DNA from: Halarcobacter sp.
GTDB lineage: Bacteria; Campylobacterota; Campylobacteria; Campylobacterales; Arcobacteraceae
NCBI GenBank assembly: GCA_963676565.1
Contig: OY781089.1
Location: 3,232,001-3,296,000 of the forward strand
Length of the DNA: 64,000 nt
Direction: 5' to 3'
Below the pieces are notes generated by a model that was given only the letters and a program-made list of their open reading frames with translations, had not been told where the DNA came from and did not search any database. Position numbers and translations under genes: made by a program. Positions 40,441 through 51,131 of the stretch are shown here, one piece after another (within the stretch, counting starts at the first letter, position 1; each line of letters opens with the position of its first letter).

Positions 40441-43400
40441 TTATACTAACTTTCTATTTCTAAAAGATATTGCTATTAATGCTAAAACTACTATTATTGT
40501 AACTGGTACAAATGTTGGAATTGGTATAGGGTCACCTGCAGCATATGAATGTAATCCAGTTAAATAATAATTAACGCCAAAATATGTCATCACAATAGAA
40601 GCATAAGCAACTAAAGATAAAGATGAAAATAGATAATTTGAGGCTAAACCTTTGATATATTGTAAGTGTAAAATCACTGCATAAATCATAATTGAAACTA
40701 AAGTCCATGTTTCTTTTGGATCCCATCCCCAATATCTTCCCCAAGATTCATTTGCCCAAATTCCACCAAGAAAGTTTCCTATTACAAGTAAAACTATACC
40801 TATAATCATTGACATCTCATTTATTCTTCTAGCTTCTTTTATTGATACTTTTAAAGATTCTTGTTTTAAATCATCTTTATTTTTATCTAAAAAGATAAAT
40901 AAAACTAAAGTTAAAAAACCTAAAAGTGCACATAAAGCCAAAAAGCCATAGCTTGCAGTTATTACACTAACATGAATTGTTAGCCAATAAGATTTTAGAA
41001 CTGGTGTTAAGGTTGTAATTTGTGGTTCAAGCCATGAAAGATGTGCCACAAAAAGAGTAATACCACTTAACAGTGAAGTTGTTGCTAAAGCAAGAATTGA
41101 TTGTTTGGAAAAGATTATTCCAGATAAAACAATCGCCCAGCCAATATAAATCATAGATTCATAACCATTTGACCAAGGAGCATGTCCTGAAACATACCAT
41201 CTTAAAGCTAAGCCAAATGTATGGACAAAAAATAAAATTACAAATAGTGATAAAAAGATTTTTGAGATTTTTTCTAATTTTACCATTGGTTTAAATATTT
41301 TATAAAATACTAAGGCCAATAAAACAAGTCCTAAAATCAAATAAGCTGGTGTTAAATTCTTAAAAACATTATATTTATTAAACATCAACTCCGCATCTAT
41401 TTTAAACTCATTTGGCATTACATTTTTGCCATATTTATTTTGATAATCTACAATTTTTAATAAGGCATAATCAGCTTTTTCCCAAGTATCTTTATTTTCA
41501 TTTGCATCTTTTAAAGCAATAAAATAGTTATCCATTAAATTTGCAATTACCCTAGCCTCTTGCTTTTGTAAGGCTCCAACTCCATCATTTATAACTGAAA
41601 TTGCTAATGTTGGGTCTAACCATTTATTGTTTATATCTTCTACCTTTGGAAATAGTTTTAAAAAGGCTCCTGTAAAAAGATTATAAATGATATTTAATCT
41701 TTCATCTACTTTGATAAGTTCTTTATCAAATTTTGTTCTTTGTGAAGGCTTTTTTTGATTTGCTATTTCTAAATCATCTTCAAATTTATAGGTACCAAAC
41801 TGATTATATACATTATCAAAACTAAAGTACTTATCACTTAGGTCTATTCCCAATACTTTTTTTAACTGCTCATTTTTAACTTTTATTATCGGAAGTTTTT
41901 GCCAAGCTCTAGGATTTATTATCATACTTATAAAAAGTTGATTTGCATTTAATCCATATAAAGACTCTTTTCTAATAACCTTATTCATAATTTCAATTGC
42001 CAAAGAGTTTATTGGTTTAATTCTTCCTTGGTAATCTTGAATTAAAACTTTTCCTAATTTATTTGCATGGTTTATATCAATATTTTTTATAATCTTTAAA
42101 TCAGCTGTATTTTCCTGTGCTTTTAAATCTGAACCAAATAAAAATAAAATACTTAGAACTATAACTGTTGAGATATTTTTAAGTTCATATTTTTTATTTG
42201 CTAGTTTTCTAAATCGACTATTTTTCATAAATAAACTTAAGAATAATCCTGTAAATAATAAGGCATATCCGATATAAGTAGGAATCACACCTGGATCTTT
42301 ATTAACTGAAAGAATAGTTGCACTTTCATTCATAGTGTATGAACTTTGAAAAAATTTATACCCTTTGTAATATAAAGTATTATTCATAGAGATTGTTTGT
42401 TCAAAACTTATATCCTCTTTTGTATCATAAACTTTCACATCACTTGAATAAGCTGAAGGAGAGTTAGAACCAGGGTATCTTTCAAGTTTAAAATCTCCTA
42501 AATATATTGAAAAAGGAAGTTCTAAAATTTTTGCACCCCATGAAAGTTTTAAAATTTTCCCATCATTAAGTTTTATAGTTTTTGTATAACCTTCATTTGA
42601 ACCACCCTTTCCAAAAAGTGCCACATCTTGAGCTTTCCCCTTATTGTTAAGTTCAACTATAACTGCATTTAAAAGTTTTTCTTTTTTTACTAACTCTTTT
42701 TTTATACTTACAACCTCAACTTTCCCTGAAGCAGAAAAATCAGGAGTTGCAAATCTTGTTTGGGCAACTGTATAAATCACATCATCTCTTAAAGGCAATG
42801 CTTCATTTGCTTTTATAGTTCCTCTTCTTGTTCCATCCATATACTCAAATGAAAGAGCAATATTAGATTTAATATATATTTTTTTATCTTTTGTTATAAA
42901 ATAGATTTTTGATTTATTCTCATCTTTTATCTCTTTATTTAAAGAAAAATTTGCAAATTTTGATTCATGAATTTTTTCATTTTGTAAATCAATACTTTTT
43001 GCTCCAGCCATATTTGTGATAATTAGATTTACTAAAGGTTCCCCATCTTTTACAGTTATAATTTTTTCAGCGGCATTGGGAACAAATCTTTTAAACCTTA
43101 AATTGATATCTTCATTTATATCAAAATCAAAATCTGTTTGAGATAATTGTGTCATTAGAACTTTTTGATCTTTTTTTAAAAGTTCTTTATTATCTTTATT
43201 AAAAATTGTTGCTTGAATATATTCATCATTTGAAAGCATTTTATTCTGTATAGTTGATTCAGGAATTGTCATAATTGCTTCAAATCCTACATATCTTGTT
43301 AAAGCACTTCCTATAAGTAAAAAAGCAAAAGAGATATGGATAAAAAATATAAAAAACTTTTTAATTTTGTACATTTTAAACCATATGATATTTAATATAG

Positions 43401-43581
43401 AACCAATAGTTAAAACTACCATAATTAGTTCAAACCATGTTTGATTATATACAAAAGATCTAGCAGATAATGTACCATAATCGTTTTCAATAAAAGTTCC
43501 AACAGCACATGCGAATGCAAATAAAAGCATGAATACAGTCATAACTTCAATAGAAAAAAGATTTTTCAATAGTCTTTTCAA
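40441..43581 (-). CDS. nrfI: CcsBA-type cytochrome c synthase NrfI
   Basis: GTFIENDYG, RWYVSGHAPWSNGYES, WANESWGRYWGWDPKETW; directly after nrfA; TTG start with AGGA SD. Confidence 0.9.
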   Translation of the reverse strand: MKRLLKNLFSIEVMTVFMLLFAFACAVGTFIENDYGTLSARSFVYNQTWFELIMVVLTIGSILNIIWFKMYKIKKFFIFFIHISFAFLLIGSALTRYVGFEAIMTIPESTIQNKMLSNDEYIQATIFNKDNKELLKKDQKVLMTQLSQTDFDFDINEDINLRFKRFVPNAAEKIITVKDGEPLVNLIITNMAGAKSIDLQNEKIHESKFANFSLNKEIKDENKSKIYFITKDKKIYIKSNIALSFEYMDGTRRGTIKANEALPLRDDVIYTVAQTRFATPDFSASGKVEVVSIKKELVKKEKLLNAVIVELNNKGKAQDVALFGKGGSNEGYTKTIKLNDGKILKLSWGAKILELPFSIYLGDFKLERYPGSNSPSAYSSDVKVYDTKEDISFEQTISMNNTLYYKGYKFFQSSYTMNESATILSVNKDPGVIPTYIGYALLFTGLFLSLFMKNSRFRKLANKKYELKNISTVIVLSILFLFGSDLKAQENTADLKIIKNIDINHANKLGKVLIQDYQGRIKPINSLAIEIMNKVIRKESLYGLNANQLFISMIINPRAWQKLPIIKVKNEQLKKVLGIDLSDKYFSFDNVYNQFGTYKFEDDLEIANQKKPSQRTKFDKELIKVDERLNIIYNLFTGAFLKLFPKVEDINNKWLDPTLAISVINDGVGALQKQEARVIANLMDNYFIALKDANENKDTWEKADYALLKIVDYQNKYGKNVMPNEFKIDAELMFNKYNVFKNLTPAYLILGLVLLALVFYKIFKPMVKLEKISKIFLSLFVILFFVHTFGLALRWYVSGHAPWSNGYESMIYIGWAIVLSGIIFSKQSILALATTSLLSGITLFVAHLSWLEPQITTLTPVLKSYWLTIHVSVITASYGFLALCALLGFLTLVLFIFLDKNKDDLKQESLKVSIKEARRINEMSMIIGIVLLVIGNFLGGIWANESWGRYWGWDPKETWTLVSIMIYAVILHLQYIKGLASNYLFSSLSLVAYASIVMTYFGVNYYLTGLHSYAAGDPIPIPTFVPVTIIVVLALIAISFRNRKLV

Positions 43582-43615
43582 TTTTTTTCCTAAATAATAT
43601 CTAAAATTAATTTTC

Positions 43616-43710
43616 TTAATAAATAACACCTAATATATCAATAGGAGGAGAATGACTAGGTGTTATTTATTAAAAACATTAGAAGAGAGGGATGAAATCC
43701 CCTCTTCTAA
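43616..43710 (-). other. Two strong hairpins in the nrfA-nrfI spacer, the second exposing CUCCUCCU
   Basis: 17-bp perfect stem 43616-43632/43657-43673; second stem 43679-43710. Confidence 0.75.
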
Positions 43711-43730
43711 AACAGTAAGTTTTGGAAGGA

Positions 43731-45221
43731 TTAATCGTAAGATGTTTTATCTTCAATACCTTTTGTTGATTCTGGATTATAAATCCCTTTTTCTTGAGCT
43801 TCTTTTTTCCACTCAATTAAAAGACCATTTTTAAATTTCTTTTTATCTTCAACTAATTTGTCAAATGGTAAGCCAATAATTTCTTGAGCTTTCTCTTTAG
43901 AATCAATAGTTGGTGCTACATAATCTGCTGCTCCATGTTTAGCTAAAATTTTAGCTAATTTAATTCTTGCATTTCCTGCTTTTTCTAATGCAGTACCTAA
44001 AACTCTTAAAGTCTCTTCTGGTGCATGGAAGAATGCTGGGTGTGATGCAACTGCATAATCCCATCTCCATTGTGCATGTCTAATATCTTTTAACACAGGA
44101 GCCATTTCAGCTTCAGTTGCTCCAACTTCCCAAGCTTTTCCAGCTTCTAAGTGTGCAGCAGCAATTTGTGCCATAGATTTTTTATGTAACTCAGTTTTTC
44201 TTTCTTTTTTCTCTGCAATTGTTGCAAGTAAAGATTTTTCAGAAACTCTGTGACAAGTCATACAAGTATTTTCCATATTTTCTAATGGATTACCTATGTT
44301 ATGATCTGTATATTTAACTCCACCCTCTCTTTTGTAAGGCATGTGACAATCTGCACATGAAACGTTGTTTTTACCATGAGCACCAGTTAAATACATTTCA
44401 TAACCTGGGTGTTGTGCTTTTAGCATTGGAGTTTTAGAAATTTTATGTGTCCAATCTTTGAAATCAATATTATCATAATATCTTTCCATATCATCAACAG
44501 TTGTACCTTCAGCCCAAGGTAATGTAACTACTGCAGCTTTTCCACCGTTAGGAGTGTCAGTTTTTTTGAAATAATATTCTACGTGGCATTGTGCACAAAC
44601 CATTGTTCTCATCTCTTGATGAGTTGCATCAGCAAGTGATGTCATACCATTTGATTTTAATGCAGTATCTAGATATTTTCTGTTAACTTGCAGTTCCATA
44701 GTTTTAGGGTTATGACAATCCACACAACCAATAGGATTAATAATGTCAGAACCATATTTTGCCCATTTACCAGTGAAGTACTCTAAATCACCTTGCTCAT
44801 TCATAATTCTTGGTACATCTGGAGATTTACAAGTCCAACATGCAGTTGGCATAGGACCAGTTTTTGAGTCAACAGGAGCACCTGTTCTTAATGTATTTCT
44901 ATTATCTTCGATTGCATAGAAGTGCCCTCTTGGAGCATTATAATCTTTTGCAAATCCATATCCAGCCCATAATACGGCCAACTCTGGATACTCTTTTAAC
45001 ATATCATCTATGTCATCGCTTTCTTTTGTTTTTTTCCATGAGTCATATTGTCTTGGATAAAACTTTTTAAACTCTTCATTTTTTGTTTGCCATCTGTCAA
45101 CTTGTGGTACAGAGTTTATGATTTTTTGTTCTTCTTTCTTCTCATTAATAGATGCAATTAATGCTGTTAAACAACCAATTGCTATTAATGAAGCAGCAAG
45201 TAACACTTTAAACTTCTTCAT
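43731..45221 (-). CDS. nrfA: Cytochrome c nitrite reductase catalytic subunit
   Basis: CWTCK plus four CxxCH, KAQHP, QWRWD. Confidence 0.98.
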   Translation of the reverse strand: MKKFKVLLAASLIAIGCLTALIASINEKKEEQKIINSVPQVDRWQTKNEEFKKFYPRQYDSWKKTKESDDIDDMLKEYPELAVLWAGYGFAKDYNAPRGHFYAIEDNRNTLRTGAPVDSKTGPMPTACWTCKSPDVPRIMNEQGDLEYFTGKWAKYGSDIINPIGCVDCHNPKTMELQVNRKYLDTALKSNGMTSLADATHQEMRTMVCAQCHVEYYFKKTDTPNGGKAAVVTLPWAEGTTVDDMERYYDNIDFKDWTHKISKTPMLKAQHPGYEMYLTGAHGKNNVSCADCHMPYKREGGVKYTDHNIGNPLENMENTCMTCHRVSEKSLLATIAEKKERKTELHKKSMAQIAAAHLEAGKAWEVGATEAEMAPVLKDIRHAQWRWDYAVASHPAFFHAPEETLRVLGTALEKAGNARIKLAKILAKHGAADYVAPTIDSKEKAQEIIGLPFDKLVEDKKKFKNGLLIEWKKEAQEKGIYNPESTKGIEDKTSYD

Positions 45222-45235
45222 CTTCCTTCCCCTTC

Positions 45236-45772
45236 TTATTTCATTCTTTCTTTAACACCAATACTATATGGAGTTGATGTTAAACTACGTACTTTGCCAT
45301 GAGGTGTGAACTTATGACAATCCCAACACTTTCGATCACTATTTAAACTATACTCATCACCACTATGGTAATTCTTTGCATTAGCCCCCATTTGAGATGT
45401 TAAATCTCCATGACATCTAATACAATTTGCTTGTACTCTACTTGCACCATCTTCACTTATGTCAATATTATTTTCATAAGTGTTCATTGTAAATGCTACC
45501 GAGTGATTCCATCCGTCAATTGCTTTTGCTTTGTATTTAGCAACCACATCTCCAACAGGCAAGTGACAATCAACACAGCTTGCAACATCTTTGTGTGAAC
45601 TTTTAGACCACGTTGCATATGCTGAGTTCATGGTGTGACAATTAATACATGCCTTTGGATCACTAGACAGATATGACAACATTTTAGATGCATATACCGT
45701 ATAACCAAATAAACCAACAGCGATAAGAAAACTTAAAATAGAACCGTAAACAACAATTTTGTTTCTTTCCAT
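45236..45772 (-). CDS. nrfH: Tetraheme quinol dehydrogenase NrfH
   Basis: N-terminal TM; CINCHTM, CVDCH, CIRCH, CWDCH; start MERNK with AAGGA SD. Confidence 0.96.
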   Translation of the reverse strand: MERNKIVVYGSILSFLIAVGLFGYTVYASKMLSYLSSDPKACINCHTMNSAYATWSKSSHKDVASCVDCHLPVGDVVAKYKAKAIDGWNHSVAFTMNTYENNIDISEDGASRVQANCIRCHGDLTSQMGANAKNYHSGDEYSLNSDRKCWDCHKFTPHGKVRSLTSTPYSIGVKERMK

Positions 45773-45825
45773 TCTTAATCCTTTAAACTGCATTGAAAGT
45801 ATAAGAATTTTTTAAAGAAGTTTCC

Positions 45826-45839
45826 TTGACCTAAATCAA
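45826..45839 (-). promoter_or_regulatory. Nss box of the nrfH promoter
   Basis: TTGACCTAAATCAA; TATACT at 45803-45798. Confidence 0.85.
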
Positions 45840-46090
45840 GAATGAATAATTATTTATACTATAAAAAGGTGCTTTTTGATATAAATTATTTTTTACCTAA
45901 ATCTATATAATTTATAATAATCTCTTTTTAAGTTCTTGTTTTTTTATAAAAATACCTTTTTTTAGAGCTTTAGTAGAATTAAATATAAGTAAAGTTTATA
46001 CTAATATTTAAAGTAGTTTTTATAGTTGGATTTTTAATAATTTTTATAAATAATTTTTGATTAAAATTTTGAATTAAAAATTTCTTTTTC

Positions 46091-46104
46091 TTAACCTAAA
46101 TCAA
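46091..46104 (+). promoter_or_regulatory. Nss box (one mismatch) of the nrfJ-like gene
   Basis: TTAACCTAAATCAA; TGtTATTAT with hexamer at 46127-46132. Confidence 0.72.
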
Positions 46105-46162
46105 TTTTTATTTAATTTTATATTGTTATTATTATGAATAATTATTCACATAAAGGTAAATC

Positions 46163-46867
46163 ATGTTTAAAAAATTGACTTTAGGATGTTTATCAATCCT
46201 TTTATCAACAAACTTAGCGTATGCATTAAATGAACCCCATGAAGTAAAAGTTTTAGAAAGCATAAATAGTGGCGCTTATACTTACTTAAAAGTAGAAGAA
46301 AAAGGCGAACAATATTGGGCTGCTATTATGAAAACACCAATTAAAGTTGGTAGTTCAATCACTATAAAAGAGCAAGTTTGGATGAAAAACTTTAAAAGCA
46401 AAACATTAGATAAAACTTTCGATAAGATTTTATTTGCAATGTATCCTAAAAAAGCCATTTCAGGAGTTGATAATATTCACTCTATTCATGGAGATATGAT
46501 TAATAAAAAACAAAAACAAGCAATGAAACCAAATCCAAAATTTAATGAAAAAGTTGTTGTAGCTAAAGGTTCTGCTATAAAAACAACTATCTCTGAGATT
46601 TTTTCTAATAAAGACAAATTTAAAAACAAAAATGTAGAGATTCAAGGTGAGGTTTTACAAGTCTCTAATAAAGTTATGGGTAATACTTGGGTTAAAATTT
46701 ATGATGGCAAAGAAGCTGTTATTTTTAGATCACCTAATGAAGATGAAAAAATTGCAGTTGGAAACAAAGTAAAAGTTGTTGGGACAATTAATACAAATGT
46801 AGATTATGGTTTTGGTTATGCCTATGAAGTTATTGGAATAAATGGTAAATTTGAAGTAATTAACTAA
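46163..46867 (+). CDS. NrfJ-like periplasmic OB-fold protein
   Basis: signal peptide; KVLESINSGAYTYLKV..YWAA, NFKSKTL.KTFDKI, DYGFGYAY; divergent from nrfH. Confidence 0.75.
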   Translation: MFKKLTLGCLSILLSTNLAYALNEPHEVKVLESINSGAYTYLKVEEKGEQYWAAIMKTPIKVGSSITIKEQVWMKNFKSKTLDKTFDKILFAMYPKKAISGVDNIHSIHGDMINKKQKQAMKPNPKFNEKVVVAKGSAIKTTISEIFSNKDKFKNKNVEIQGEVLQVSNKVMGNTWVKIYDGKEAVIFRSPNEDEKIAVGNKVKVVGTINTNVDYGFGYAYEVIGINGKFEVIN

Positions 46868-46895
46868 AAAGTAGTAGAGATTTCTACTGCTTTTT
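46866..46895. terminator. Bidirectional terminator
   Basis: AAAAAGTAGTAGA-GATT-TCTACTGCTTTTT. Confidence 0.8.
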
Positions 46896-48351
46896 ATACA
46901 TTTCTTATAACTTTATTTCTTCCTGTTCTTTTTGCGGTATATAGTAAATCATCTGCATTTTGAAGAATCTCATCAATATACTCTTCTTTATTTTTATTTG
47001 AACTAATTCCAATAGAGATTGTAAATTTTACCTCAATATTATTTATTTTCATTATATTTTCATCACATTTTTTTCTAATCTTTTCAGCTAAATAAGAAAC
47101 ATACTCTTCATCTTTATCAAATAAAGATATACAAAACTCTTCTCCCCCTATTCTTCCAAAAACTGCATCTTTATCAATTATTGATAAGATAGTTAAACAA
47201 AACTCTTGTAAAACACTATCTCCTATAGCATGACCATAATTATCATTTATCTTTTTAAAATGATCAATGTCAATTAATAATACAAAGTAATTTTTATTCT
47301 CTTCATTTGCTTTAGTTAAAAGATCTTTACTCTGTAGAAAAAAAGATCTTCTATTTTTGATATTAGTTAATGAATCTATGGTAGATAACTTATATAATTC
47401 TTTGTTTTTTTCTTCTATAAGTCTAATACTATTATCAAGGTTTTCAGTTCTTTTTTGAACTTCAAGTTCAAGTTTTTCATTGTATTGTTGTAATGTTTTT
47501 TGTTTTATATAAGATGAATACATAAATAAAGCTAAAAGAATAGTGATAATAAGATTATAATAATAAGTTACACGTAAACCATCATCTAATACCTCAGCAG
47601 TGTTTACAGTTTCTAAATTAAATAAAAATCTGTCCTTTGAGAAAAATCCAATATTACTATAGATTTTGTTATCTTCAAAATATGAATATGAATTTATTCT
47701 TTTAATATCTTTATTCTCAATAGTATTAACATAATTTTTTTCTGGTTTTAGCAAGCTTAATTTAGTTTGCTCAAAAACATTAGATATATTTTTAATATAC
47801 TCTTCATCAATAATTTTTAGAGAATATATAAATCCATTTGAGTCACCTTGCCCATCACTTTTTTTTACTTCAAGTTTAACAAGAATAAACAGCTTTTTAT
47901 TAATAGATTCAATTGAATAAAAATTATCAATATCTTTTAATAAATCAATTACTTTTATCATAAAACTATTCTTATCTAAAATATTCATATTTTTAGTATA
48001 TTTATTAAAAATAATATTATTGGCTTTATCAGTATAAAAAATCATATCGATATTTAAGTAAGATAAAGTAGATGTACCTTCTCTAAAATTTTCGTAAATA
48101 TAAGATCCATTTTTATCATTGATAAAGTTGTAAGTATCATCCCATTTACTGTAATCATTTATAACATTTTTTAGATTACTTATTTCTGTATCAAAATTAG
48201 ATAGCACTGCGTTTATATTTACATTATTTTTTTTAGTCTCAATATTTTTATAGTTTGGAATAATCATCCCATACGATATAAGCCATAGGATAATTATGAA
48301 AAAAATAAATATTAGTGTAAAATTTAATTTGATAATTTTTAACCCATTCAT
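46894..48351 (-). CDS. CHASE4-sensor diguanylate cyclase
   Basis: DYSKWDDTYNF (CHASE4), DIDHFKKINDNYGHAIGD, GGEEF; no RxxD I-site. Confidence 0.9.
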   Translation of the reverse strand: MNGLKIIKLNFTLIFIFFIIILWLISYGMIIPNYKNIETKKNNVNINAVLSNFDTEISNLKNVINDYSKWDDTYNFINDKNGSYIYENFREGTSTLSYLNIDMIFYTDKANNIIFNKYTKNMNILDKNSFMIKVIDLLKDIDNFYSIESINKKLFILVKLEVKKSDGQGDSNGFIYSLKIIDEEYIKNISNVFEQTKLSLLKPEKNYVNTIENKDIKRINSYSYFEDNKIYSNIGFFSKDRFLFNLETVNTAEVLDDGLRVTYYYNLIITILLALFMYSSYIKQKTLQQYNEKLELEVQKRTENLDNSIRLIEEKNKELYKLSTIDSLTNIKNRRSFFLQSKDLLTKANEENKNYFVLLIDIDHFKKINDNYGHAIGDSVLQEFCLTILSIIDKDAVFGRIGGEEFCISLFDKDEEYVSYLAEKIRKKCDENIMKINNIEVKFTISIGISSNKNKEEYIDEILQNADDLLYTAKRTGRNKVIRNV

Positions 48352-48501
48352 TTTATTACCTTTTGATAAAATAATTATACTCATTAATAGTACTTAAATA
48401 GTATCATTTTAAAAATCTATCAAATAAAATAAAATCACAATTTTATTGGTTTTTTGATATGATTATAAATTATTATTTTAAATTAATTAAAAGTAACCCT
48501 C

Positions 48502-51102
48502 ATGAAAAAAGTTCTTATAACATTATTTTTTATTCTTTTTTTCTTTAAAGAATCCTATGCTTTAGAAAAAGTCACTCTTCAATTAAAATGGTTTCATCAA
48601 TTTCAATTTGCAGGATATTATGCCGCTAAAGAGAAAGGTTTTTATTCAGATGTGGGTCTAAATGTGGAAATCAAACAAAGAGACATAAACTTTAATAATA
48701 TTGAACAAGTAATAAATAATGAAGCTCAATATGGTGTAGCAGATTCAGTATTATTACTCTACAGAGCAAAAAAAGAACCTGTAATTATTGTTAGTCCTAT
48801 ATTTCAACATTCGCCAAGTATTTTATTTACTCTAAAAAGTAGTGGCATAAATTCACCATATAAACTAAACAACAAAGATGTTCTATTTTATGAAAATGAT
48901 ACTGATGGTTTTTCTATTTTAGCAATGTTAAATAAGCTTAATGTTAAAGCAAATTTAATAAGAAAAAGAGAAAAAAATGATTATACAAAAGTATTAAACA
49001 ATGAAGTAATATCTTCTGCAGGATATTTAAGTAATGAACCATTTTATTTAAAAGAAAGAAATATTGAATTTAATATCATAAATCCTATGAACTACGGTTT
49101 TGATTTATATGGAGATATGCTTTTTACAAATGAAAATGAGATTATCAATCATCCAAATAGAGTAAAAAAATTTAAAGAAGCAACTTTAAAAGGTTGGAAT
49201 TATGCCTTAGAAAATAAAGAAGAGATTATAAACTTAATTCATAAAAAATATAATAATGTAAAATCTATAAAACATCTAAGATATGAAGCAAATGTAATAG
49301 ATAAATTAATCTCTAAAGACACTGTGCCATTAGGTTCAATTGATGAAGGAAGGATTCAATATATTTCTAGTATTTATAAAGAATTTGGTTTAACAAAAAA
49401 AGATTTTAATATAAAAGATTTTATTTTTGAAAACTACAAAAAAGATGAAAATAAATTTTTAGATTTATCTGTAAAGGATAAAAAATCAAATGAAAATGAT
49501 AAACTTTATAATGAACTTACTCAAAAAGAAAAAGAGTTTTTAGAAAAACATTCTTTGATTAGATTTAAAGTGCCATCCAATAATCCACCTTTTTCTTTTC
49601 AAGAAAATGGCATTGCACAAGGTGTTGCTGTAGATTATGTTAGAGAAAGTGCTAAAAATGTAGGACTAGATGTTGAATTTATTATTAATGATGACCCTGT
49701 CTTTGAATCTTATGATCATATAAATACTACTAGAAAAAAGTATGATTCTGTTTTATATGCAGTTGAAAGTTCTGATAGAAAAAGAAAATTATCATTTGGT
49801 ATACCATATTTATCTTATCCTTTAATGATTGTAAGTAATAGTAATAATCCATTTATTTCATCATTAAAGGATTTAAAAAATAAAACAATTGTATTAGAAA
49901 AAAGATATTTAACTAATAATTGGATAAAAAAAGACTATCCTGATATTAAAATAATAAATGTAGAAAATACATTAGAAGCTCTGAAAATGTTAAATAAAAA
50001 TAAAGTAGATGCTTATGTAGGGAATGGTTTATTAACTAGCCATTTAAGTGCTATACATGAACTAAAAAATGTAAAAATAGTAGCACCTTCAGGATATGGA
50101 AATGTAAAGTTTAGTTTTACATCACCTAAACAATGGCCTGAATTAAGTTCTTTATTAAGTAAGGGGTATTCAAAAATATCTCAACTTGAACATAATAATA
50201 TTCGTCAAAAATGGTTATCTCTAAGAACTATTGAAAAAGTTAATTATACAATTATTTGGAATATTATATTAGTATCAATTTTGATATTAATAATATTCTT
50301 TTGGTGGAACAGAAAAATACATCAAGAGAAAAACAAAACGAAAAAAGTCTTAGAAGAGTTAAAAAAATCTCAAAAAAAATTGATACAACAACATGAATTA
50401 ATCCTAGTGCAGTCTAAAAATGTTGCAATTGGTGAAATGATAGGAAACATTGCTCATCAATGGAGACAACCATTATCCATAATATCAACTTCGGCAACAG
50501 GTCTTTTATTAGAAAAAGAGTCAGGTTTATTAACTGACAAAAGACTAATTCAGTCATTAAATAATATTCATGAACATACAAAATACTTATCTAAAACTAT
50601 AGATACTTTTAGAAACTATCTAAATACAAAAAAAGAGTATTGTGAAGTTATTTTACAAGATAGTATAAAAGAATCTTTAAATATTTTAGATGCTTCATTT
50701 AAAAACAATTTTATAACAATAAAAACAAACGTAGATGATATAGAACCTATTAAAATAAAACTGGTAAAGGGTGAGTTTTCTGAAGTATTGATTAATATAT
50801 TAAATAATGCAAAAGATGTCTTATTATCAGAAGAGATAAATTCACCTTGGATAGAGCTTTTAGTTCAAAAAGAACTTGATAAAATTATAGTTACAATTGA
50901 AGATAATGGGGGAGGTATTGATCCTAAAATAATTCATAGAATTTTTGAACCATATTTTACTACAAAGCATAAATCACAAGGTACAGGATTAGGACTTCAT
51001 ATGAGTTATAAAATTGTAACTGAAAGTTTAAAAGGCTCAATATATGTAAAAAATACAAATAATGGAGCCAAGTTTTTTATAGAAGTCCCTACAAGTTTTT
51101 AG
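48502..51102 (+). CDS. Sensor histidine kinase with NMT1/THI5-like and family-3 solute-binding input domains
   Basis: QLKWFHQFQFAGYYAAKEKGFY; IAHQWRQP; DNGGG; GTGLGL. Confidence 0.92.
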   Translation: MKKVLITLFFILFFFKESYALEKVTLQLKWFHQFQFAGYYAAKEKGFYSDVGLNVEIKQRDINFNNIEQVINNEAQYGVADSVLLLYRAKKEPVIIVSPIFQHSPSILFTLKSSGINSPYKLNNKDVLFYENDTDGFSILAMLNKLNVKANLIRKREKNDYTKVLNNEVISSAGYLSNEPFYLKERNIEFNIINPMNYGFDLYGDMLFTNENEIINHPNRVKKFKEATLKGWNYALENKEEIINLIHKKYNNVKSIKHLRYEANVIDKLISKDTVPLGSIDEGRIQYISSIYKEFGLTKKDFNIKDFIFENYKKDENKFLDLSVKDKKSNENDKLYNELTQKEKEFLEKHSLIRFKVPSNNPPFSFQENGIAQGVAVDYVRESAKNVGLDVEFIINDDPVFESYDHINTTRKKYDSVLYAVESSDRKRKLSFGIPYLSYPLMIVSNSNNPFISSLKDLKNKTIVLEKRYLTNNWIKKDYPDIKIINVENTLEALKMLNKNKVDAYVGNGLLTSHLSAIHELKNVKIVAPSGYGNVKFSFTSPKQWPELSSLLSKGYSKISQLEHNNIRQKWLSLRTIEKVNYTIIWNIILVSILILIIFFWWNRKIHQEKNKTKKVLEELKKSQKKLIQQHELILVQSKNVAIGEMIGNIAHQWRQPLSIISTSATGLLLEKESGLLTDKRLIQSLNNIHEHTKYLSKTIDTFRNYLNTKKEYCEVILQDSIKESLNILDASFKNNFITIKTNVDDIEPIKIKLVKGEFSEVLINILNNAKDVLLSEEINSPWIELLVQKELDKIIVTIEDNGGGIDPKIIHRIFEPYFTTKHKSQGTGLGLHMSYKIVTESLKGSIYVKNTNNGAKFFIEVPTSF

Positions 51103-51131
51103 TTTGATTAAAATTTATTAGTTGATTCTTC

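Noticed and set aside
43652..43834. 60-aa plus-strand ORF with AGGAGGAG upstream
   Set aside because: The start lies inside a strong hairpin, the SD is very close to the ATG, the ORF is antisense to nrfA and shows no protein features. It is better explained as the complement of the C/U-rich loop.
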